DNA of 64,000 nt from NCBI GenBank assembly GCA_964016885.1, contig OZ024740.1:8122001-8186000 (forward strand), in the 5' to 3' direction. Of the stretch, positions 13,262 to 22,817 are shown piece by piece (position 1 is the stretch's first letter; each line of letters starts with the position of its first letter). A program made the position numbers and the translations under genes. Source of the stretch: Eledone cirrhosa. Taxonomy: Eukaryota. The notes beneath the pieces were generated by a model. That model worked only from the letters and a program-made list of their open reading frames with translations. It searched no databases and was not told where the DNA came from.

Positions 13262-13386
13262 AGATCAGTTCCTGTATGAGCAAGGCATGGTCAGCCGACC
13301 AGACACTGCCCACAACAGGACAACCCGTCTAACCCATGCTAGCGTGGAAGAACGGACGTAAAACGGTGATGATGATGATGATGATG
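13262..13386 (+). mobile_element. 125-bp extreme 3' fragment of subfamily B element, copy 4
   Basis: Matches 18752-18879 (AGATCAGTTCCTGTATGAG...AAACGGT(GAT)7). Compared with the empty site near 2100-2140, TGGT is lost. Confidence 0.95.
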
Positions 13387-16300
13387 ATATCTGTTTCGAT
13401 TGGTATGCCAATGTCTATTGATATGTTAGTTTCGATTAGTATATCACTTTTTATTGGTATGTCAGTTTCGATTGGTATGTCTATTTCTATTGGTATGTCA
13501 GTTTCTATTGGTATATCAGTTTCGATTGGTATGTCAGTTTCTATTGGTATATCAGTTTCTATTGGTATGTCAGTTTTGATTGGTATATCAGTTTTGACTG
13601 GTATATCAGTTCCGATTGGTATGTCAGTTTCGATTGGTACGTCAATTTCGATAGGTATATTAGTTTCTATTGGTATGTTAGTTTCAATTAATATATCAGT
13701 TTCTATTGGTATGCCAGTTTCAATTAGTATATCAGTTTCTATTGGTATGTCATTTTCGATTGGTATGTTAGTCCTCGAATTGTATGTCAGTTTCTATTGG
13801 TATTTCAGTTTTGATTAGTATATCAGTTTCGTTTGGTATATCAGTTTCGATTGGTATGTCAGTTTCTATTGGTATATCAGTTTCTACTGGTATGTCAGTT
13901 TTGATTGGTATATCAGTTTCGATTGGTATGTCAGTTTCGATTGGTATGTCAGTTTCGATTGGTATATCAGTTCCGATTGGTATGTTAATTTCGATTGGTA
14001 TATCAGTTTCTATTGGTATATCAGTTCCGATTGGTATATCAATTTCTATTGGTATATCAGTTTCGATTGATATATCAGTTTCGATTAGTATGTCAGTTTC
14101 TACTGGTATGTCAGTTTGGATTGGTATGTCAGTTTCGATTGGTATGTCAGTTTCGATTAGTATGTCAGTTTCTATTGGTATATCAGTTTCTATTGGTATG
14201 TCAGTTTTGATTGGTATATCAGTTTCGATTGGTATGTCAGTTTCGATTGGTATATCAGTTTCGATTAGTATGTCAGTATCTATTGGTATATCAGTTTCTA
14301 TTGGTATGTCAGTTTCGACTTGTATGTCAGTTTCGATTGGTATATCAGTTCCGATTGGTATATCAGTTTCTATTGGTATATCAGTTTTGATTGATATATC
14401 AGTTTCGATTAGTATGTCAGTTTCTACTGGTATGTCAGTTTGGATTGGTATGTCAGTTTCGATTGGTATGTCAGTTTCGATTAGTATGTCAGTTTCTATT
14501 GGTATATCAGTTTCTATTGGTATGTCAGTTTTGATTGGTATATCAGTTTCGATTGGTATGTCAGTTTCGATTGGTATATCAGTTTCGATGGTATGTCAAT
14601 TTCGATTGGTATATCAGTTTCGATTAGTATGTCAGTTTCTATTGGTATATCAGTTTCTATTGGTATATCAGTTTCGATTGATATATCAGTTTCGATTAGT
14701 ATGTCAGTTTCTACTGGTATGTCAGTTTGGATTGGTATATCAGTTTCGATTAGTATGTTAGTTTCTATTGGAATATCAGTTTCGATTGGTATATCAGTTC
14801 CGATTGGTATGTCAGTTTTGATTGGTATATCAGTTTCTATTGGTATATCAGTTTCGATTGGTATATCAGTTTCGATTGTTATATCAGTTTCGATTGGTAT
14901 ATCAGTTTCGACTGGTATGTCAGTTTCGATTAGTATATCAGTTTCTATTGGTATGTCAGTTTCTATTGGTATATCAGTTTCGATTGGTATATCAGTTTCG
15001 ATTAGTATGTCAGTTTCTATTGGTATGTTAGTTTCGATGAGTATATAAGTTTCTATTGGTATGTCAGTTTTGATCGGTATGTCAGTTTCTATTGATATAT
15101 CAGTTTTGATTGGTATATCAGTTTCGATTGGTATATCAGTTTCGATTTGTATGTCACTTTCTATTGGTATGTCAGTTTCTATTGGTATATCAGTTTCGAT
15201 TGGTATATCAGTTTCGATTAGTATGTCAGTTTCTATTAGTATGTTAGTTTCGATTAGTATATCAGTTTCTATTTGTATGTCAGTTTCGATTGGTATGTCA
15301 GTTTCTATTCATATATCCGTTTCGATTGGTATATCAGTTTTGATTGGTATATCAGTTTCTATTGGTATATCAGTTTCAATTGGTATATCAGTTTGGATTG
15401 TTATATCAGTTTCGATTGGTATATCAGTTTCGACTGGTATGTCAGTTTCGATTAGTATATCAGTTTCTATTGGTATGTCAGTTTCTATTGGTATATCAGT
15501 TTCGATTGGTATATCAGTTTCGATTAGTATGTCAGTTTCTATTAGTATGTCAGTTTCTATTCATATATCAGTTTCGATTGGTATATCAGTTTCGATCGGT
15601 ATATCAGTTTCGATTGGTATGTCAGTTTCGATTGGTATATCAGTTTCGATTGGTATGTCAGTTTCTATTGGTATATCAGTTTCTATTGGTATGTCAGTTT
15701 CAATTAGTATATCAGTTTCTATTGGTATGTCAGTTTCGACTGGTATGGTAGTCCTCGAATTGCATGTCAGTTTCTATTGGTATATCAGTTTCTATTGGTA
15801 TGTAAGTTTCTATTGGTATATCAGCTTTGATTGGTATATTAGTTTCGATTAGTATGTCAGTTTCTATTGTTATGTCAGTTTTGATTAGTATATCAGTTTC
15901 TATTGGTATGTCAGTTTAGATTGGTATGTCAGTTTCCATTGGTATGTCAGTTTCGGTAGGTATGTCAGTTTTTATTGGTATATCAGTTACCATTGGTATG
16001 TCAGTTTCGATTGGTATGTCATTTTCGATTGGTATATGAGTTTCTATTGTTATGACAGTTTCGATTGGTATATCAGTTTGGATTGGTATCTCAGATTGGA
16101 TTGATATGGCAGTTTGGCTTGGTATGTCAGTTTCGATTCGTATGTCAGTTTCAATTGGTATGTCAATTTCGATTGGTATATCAGTTTCGAATAGTATGTT
16201 AGTTTCTATTGGAATATCAGTTTCGATTGGTATATCAGTTTTGATTGGTATGTCAGTTTCGATTGGTATATCAGTTTCGACTGGTATATCAGTTTCGATT

Positions 16301-17230
16301 AGTATAATCAGTTTCTATTGGTATGTCAGTTTCTATTCGTATATCAGTTTCGATTGGTATATCAGCTTCGATTAGTATGTCAGTTTCTATTGGTATGTTA
16401 GTTTCGATGAGTATATAAGTTTCTATTGGTATGTTAGTTTTGATCGGTAAGTCAGTTTCTATTGATATATCAGTTTTGATTGGTATATCAGTTTCGATTA
16501 GTATGTCAGTTTCTATTAGTATGTTAGTTTCGATTAGTATATCAGTTTCTATTCGTATGTCAGTTTCGATTGGTATGTCAGTTTCTATTCATATATCATT
16601 TTCGATTGGTATATCAGTCTCTATTGTTATATCAGTTTCGATTAGCATGTCAGTTTCGATTGGTATATCAGTTTCGACTGGTATATCAGTTTCGATTAGT
16701 ATAATCAGTTTCTATTGGTATGTCAGTTTCTATTGGTATATCAGCCTCGATTGGTATATCAGTTTCGATTAGTATGTCAGTTTCTATTGGTATGTTAGTT
16801 TCGATTAGTATATCAGTTTCTATTGGTATGTCAGTTTCGATCGGTATGTCAGTTTCTATTGATATATCAGTTTTGATTGTTATATCAGTTTCGATTGTTA
16901 TATCAGTTTCGATTGGTATATCAGTTTCGACTGGTATGTCAATTTCGATTAGTATATCAGTTTCTATTGGTATGTCAGTTTCGATTGGTATATCAGTTCC
17001 GATTGGTATGTCAGTTTCGATTTGTATGTCAGTTTCAATTGGTATATCAGTTTCGATTGGTATGTCAATGTCTATTGGTATGTTAGTTTCGATTAGTATA
17101 TCACTTGTTATTGGTATGTCAGTTTCGATTGGTATGTCTATTTCTATTGATATATCAGTTTCGATTGGTATATCAGTTTTGATTTGTATATCAGTTTCGA
17201 TTGGTATGTCAGTTTCTTTTGATATACCAA

Positions 17231-18879
17231 ACGAGATGCAATTTGGGTTTGTTCCAGGGAAAGGCACCACTGATGCGCTCTTCCTTGTGAGGCAATTACA
17301 GGAAAAGTACCTAGCTAAAAGTAAGCCACTCTACTTGGCATTTGTCGACCTTGAGAAAGCCTTTGACAGAGTTCCACGTGCAGTAATCTGGTGGGCTCTT
17401 AGAAAACTAGGAGTAGATGAATGGCTTGTGAAAGCGGTACAAGCCATGTATAGGGGAGCAGTCAGCAAAGTTAGGATTGGCAATGAGTATAGCGAGGAAT
17501 TTAGCGTACAGGTTGGGGTCCACCAGGGCTCTGTTCTTAGCCCTCTCCTGTTCATCATAGTCCTGCAGGCAATAACGGAGGAGTTTAAGACCGGATGCCC
17601 ATGGGAACTCCTGTATGCTGATGACCTCGCACTCATAGCTGAATCTATGGTAGAACTAGAGAATAAATTCCAAACCTGGAAGCAGGGACTAGAGAGAAAG
17701 GGCCTCAAAGTCAACATGACAAAGACTAAGGTCCTTATAAGTAGACGAGAAAACAGAACCCAGATCCCCTCAGGGAAATGGCCTTGCTCAGTATGTAGGA
17801 AAGGTGTAGGTAGGAACTCCATTCTCTGCCCCAAATGCAAACAATGGGTACACAAGAGATGTAGCGGGATCTCAGGAAGCTTAATTAAGAATGTAGGATT
17901 CACATGCAGCAGCTGTGCTGAAACAGCAAGAAAACAGCCACAGGAAACAAGTACCACCAATCTCTGGGAGGGCCCTGTAGAAACAGTAGACAGCTTCTGC
18001 TACCTAGGTGACCGAATTAGCAACGGAGGTGGGTGCTCAGAAAGTACAATAACTAGGGTAAGAACGGGATGGAAGAAGTTTAGGGAACTACTACCACTGC
18101 TAGCTGCAAAAGGCTTCTCCCTCAGAATGAAAGGCAGACTGTATGATGCGTGTATCCGAACAGCGATGTTGCATGGTAGTGAGACCTGGGCGCTGAAGGT
18201 GGAAGACTTACGTAGATTAGAGAGAAACGAAGCCTGCATGCTCCGATGGATGTGTAACAGTAATATACGTGAACGACAAAGCATAAATGAATTGAGAGAG
18301 AGACTGAGCATAAGAGGAATCAAATGCTGCGTGCAGGAGAGGCGGTTACGCTGGTATGGACATGTGATGCGTATGAAGGATGACAGCTGCATAAAAAGGT
18401 GCAGAGCACTAGAAGTTGATGGAAACCGCGGAGTGGGGAGACCCAAGATGACTTGGGATGAGGTGATAAAAGCCGTCCTTACCCAATTATACCTCTCAAA
18501 GTCAATGACACACGACCGTGACTTCTGGCGTCACGCAGTAATACAGGGTACCCGACCTCCCATGGGTACATGCTGAAGCATATAAACAATATGCCCCCCC
18601 CCCCACCGCAAGGTGGTCGTGGAGGTGCCACGGCAAAAAAGCACCCAGCCCACACTGTAAAGTGGACGTGTAGGCGCCACGAAAAAGCACCCAGCACTCA
18701 CTGTAAATGAGGTTGGTGTTAGGAAGGGCATCCAGCTGTAGAAATCAAGCCAGATCAGTTCCTGTATGAGCAAGGCATGGTCAGCCGACCAGACACTGCC
18801 CACAACAGGACAACCCGTCTAACCCATGCTAGCGTGGAAGAACGGACGTAAAACGGTGATGATGATGATGATGATGATG
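17231..18879 (+). mobile_element. 5'-truncated RTE-like non-LTR retrotransposon, subfamily B, copy 5
   Basis: RT from EMQFGF onward, 3' UTR 18577-18857, (GAT)8 tail joined to ATATCAG. Many codon and UTR differences from subfamily A. The 5' junction carries a 13-nt filler at 17218-17230. Confidence 0.96.
17233..18576 (+). pseudogene. Truncated LINE RT ORF, subfamily B, with PHD-type finger at 17785-17916
   Basis: QFGFVPGKGTTDA, AFVDLEKAFDRVPR, GVHQGSVLSPLLF, YADD, CSVC..CPKC..H..C..CSSC, FCYLG, LRWYGHVMR, GRPKMTW. Frame is intact. Confidence 0.94.
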
Positions 18880-21800
18880 ATATCAGTTTCTATTGGTATG
18901 TCAGTTTTGATTGGTATATCAGTTTGGACTGGTATATCAGTTCCGATTGGTATGTCAGTTTCGATTGGTACGTCAATTTCGAGAGCTATATTATTTTCTA
19001 TTGGTATGTTAGTTTCAATTAATATATCAGTTTCTATTGGTATGCCAGTTTCAATTAGTATATCAGTTTCTATTGGTATGTCATTTTTGATTGGTATGTT
19101 AGTCCTCGAATTGTATGTCAGTTTCTATTGGTATTTCAGTTTTGATTAGTATATCAGTTTCGTTTGGTATATCAGTTTCGATTGGTATGTCAGTTTCTAT
19201 TGGTATATCAGTTTCTACTGGTATGTCAGTTTTGATTGGTATATCAGTTTCGATTGGTATGTCAGTTTCGATTGGTATGTCAGTTTCGATTGGTATATCA
19301 GTTCCGATTGGTATGTTAATTTCGATTGGTATATCAGTTTCTATTGGTATATCAGTTTCGATTGGTATATCAATTTCTATTGGTAAATCAGTTTCGATTG
19401 ATATATCAGTTTCGATTAGTATGTCAGTTTCTACTGGTATGTCAGTTTGGATTGGTATGTCAGTTTCGATTGGTATGTCAGTTTCGATTAGTATGTCAGT
19501 TTCTATTGGTATATCAGTTTCTATTGGTATGTCAGTTTTGATTGGTATATCAGTTTCGATTGGTATGTCAGTTTCGATTGGTATATCAGTTTCGATTAGT
19601 ATGTCAGTATCTATTTGTATATCAGTTTCTATTGGTATGTCAGTTTCGACTGGTATGTCAGTTTCGATTGGTATATCAGTTCCGATTGGTATATCAGTTT
19701 CTATTTGTATATCAGTTTCGATTGATATATCAGTTTCGATTAGTATGTCAGTTTCTACTGGTATGTCAGTTTGGATTGGTATGTAAATTTCGATTGGTAT
19801 ATCAGTTTCGATGGTATGTCAATTTCGATTGGTATATCAGTTTCGATTAGTAGGTCAGTTTCTATTCGTATATCAGTTTTGATTGGTATATCAGTTTCGA
19901 CTGGTATGTCAGTTTCGATTGGTATATCAGTTCCGATTGGTATATCAGTTTCTATTGGTATATCAGTTTTGATTGATATATCAGTTTCGATTAGTATATC
20001 AGTTTCTACTGGTATGTCAGTTTGGATTGGTATGTCAGTTTCGATTGGTATGTCAGTTTCGATTAGTATGTCAGTTTCTATTGGTATATCAGTTTCTATT
20101 GGTATGTCAGTTTTGATTGGTATATCAGTTTCGATTGGTATGTCAGTTTCGATTGGTATATCAGTTTCGATGGTATGTCAATTTCGATTGGTATATCAGT
20201 TTCGATTAGTATATCAGTTTCTATTGGTATATCAGTTTCAATTGATATATCAGTTTCGATTAGTATGTCAGTTTCTACTGGTATGTCAGTTTGGATTGGT
20301 ATATGAGTTTCGATTAGTATGTTAGTTTCTATTGGAATATCAGTTTCGATTGGTACATCAGTTCCGATTGGTATGTCAGTTTTGATTGGTATATCAGTTT
20401 CTATTGGTATATCAGTTTCGATTGGTATATCAGTTTCGATTGTTATATCAGTTTCTATTGGTATATCAGTTTCGACTGGTATGTCAGTCTCGATTAGTAT
20501 ATCAGTTTCTATTGGTATGTCAGTTTCTATTGGTATATCAGTTTCGATTGGTATATCAGTTTCGATTAGTATGTCAGTTTCTATTAGTATGTTAGTTTCG
20601 ATTAGTATATCAGTTTCTATTAGTATGTCAGTTTCGATTAGTATGTCAGTTTCTATTCATATATCAGTTTCGATTGTTATATCAGTTTCGATTGGTATAT
20701 CAGTTTCGATTGGTATGTCAGTTTCTATTGGTATATCAGTTTCTATTGGTATGTCAGTTTTGATTGGTATATCAGTTTCGATTGGTATGTCAGTTTCGAT
20801 TGGTATGTCAGTTTCGATTGGTATATCAGTTCCGATTGGTATGTCAGTTTCGATTGGTATGTCAGTTTCAATTGTTATATCAGTTTCGATTGGTATGTCA
20901 GTTTCGATTGGTATGTCTATTTCTATTGATATATCAGTTTCGATTGGTATATCAGTTTTGATTGGTATAACAGTTTCGATTGGAATGGCAGTTTCTATTG
21001 GTATATCAGTTTCTATTGGTATGTCAGTTTTGATTGGTATATCAGTTTTGACTGGTATATCAGTTTCGATTAGTATAATCAGTTTCTATTGGTATGTCAG
21101 TTTATATTGATATATCAGTTTTGATTGGTATATCAGTTCCGATTGGTATATCAATTTCGATTGGTATATCAGTTTCGATTAGTATGTCAGTTTCTATTGG
21201 TATATCAGTTTCTATTGGTATATCAGTAACGATTGGTATATCAGTTTCGATTGGTATGTCAGTTTCTATTGATATATCAGTTTTGATTGGTATATCAGTT
21301 CCGATTGGTATATCAGTTTCGATTAGTATGTCAGTTTCTATTGGCATATCAGTTTCTATTGGTATGTCAGTTTCGATTGGTATATCAGTTTCGATTCGTA
21401 TATCAGTTCCTATTGCTATATCAGTTTCTATTGGTATGTCAGTTTCAATTGGTATGTAAGTTTCGATTGGTATATCAGTTTCAATTGGTATGTCAGTTTC
21501 AATTAGTATATTTGTTTCGATTGGTATGTCAATTTCAATTAGTATATCAGTTTCTATTGGTATATCAGTTTCGATTGGTATGTCAGTTTCGATTAGTATG
21601 TCAGTTTCTATTGGTATATCAGTTTCTATTGGTATGTCAGTTTTGATTGGTATATCAGTTTCGATTGGTATGTCAGTTTCGATTGGTATATCAGTTTCGA
21701 TGGTATGTCAATTTCGATTGGTATATCAGTTTCGATTAGTATGTCAGTTTCTATTGGTATATCAGTTTCTATTGGTATCTCAGTTTCGATTGGTATATCA

Positions 21801-22817
21801 GTTTCGATTGGTATGTCAGTTTCTATTGGTATATCAGTTTCGAATGGTATATCAGTTTCGATTAGTATAATCAGTTTCTATTGGTATGTCAGTTTCTATT
21901 GATATATCAGTTTTGATTGGTATATCAGTTCCGATTGGTATTTCAGTTTCGATTGGTAAGTCAGTTTCTATTTGTATATCAGTTTCTATTGGTATGTCAG
22001 TTTTGATTGGTATGTCAGTCTCGATTGGTATGTCAGTTTTGATTGGTATGTCAGTTTCTATAGGTATGTCAGTTTCTATTGGTATATCAGTTTCGATTAG
22101 TATATCAGTTTCTACTGGTATGTCAGTTTCGATTAGTATATCAGTTTCTATTGGTATGTCAGTTTCGATTGGTATATCAGTTTCGATTCGTATATCAGTT
22201 CCTATTGCTATATCAGTTTCTATTGGTATGTCAGTTTCAATTGGTATGTTAGTTTCGATTGTATATCAGTTTCAATTGGTATGTCAGTTTCAATTAGTAT
22301 ATTTGTTTTGATTGGTATGTCAAATTCAATTAGTATATCAGTTTCTATTGGCATATCAGTTTCGATTGGTATGTCAGTTTCGATTAGTATATCAGTTTCT
22401 ATAGGTATGTCAGTTTCGATTGGTATATCAGTTTCGATTGGTATATCAGTTTCTATTGGTATGTCATTTTCGATTGGTATGTCAGTTTCTATTGATATAT
22501 CAGTTTTGATTGGTATATCAGTTTCGATTGGTATATCAGTTTCGATTGGTATGTCAATTTCTATTGTTGGTATATCAGTTTCTATTGGTATGTCAGTTTT
22601 GATTGGTATATCAGTTTCGATTGGTATGTCAGTTTCGATTGGTATGTCAGTTTCGATTGGTATATCAGTTCCGATTGGTATGTCAGTTTTGATTGGTATA
22701 TCAGTTTCTATTGGTATATCAGTTTCGATTGGTATATCAGTTTCGATTGTTATATCAGTTTCGATTGGTATATCAGTTTCGACTGGTATGTCAATTTCGA
22801 TTAGTATATCAGTTTCT

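Noticed and set aside
3961-18446. Antisense ORFs over the RT regions (3961-4461, 7726-7995, 8461-8862, 8902-9276, 17331-17960, 18000-18446)
   Set aside because: Shadow frames of the RT coding sequence with no recognisable motifs.
16720-18576. Satellite-RT fusion proteins (also 3317..4537 and 7532..9466)
   Set aside because: Chance in-frame read-through from open satellite frames into 5'-truncated ORFs. The satellite frame used differs between copies, and there is no promoter or start evidence.
18710-18750. Host assignment: the UTR motif GGTGTTAGGAAGGGCATCCAGCTGTAGAAA recalls cephalopod/invertebrate RTE-related repeats
   Set aside because: Recollection only. It needs a Dfam/Repbase/BLAST search and is not claimed.
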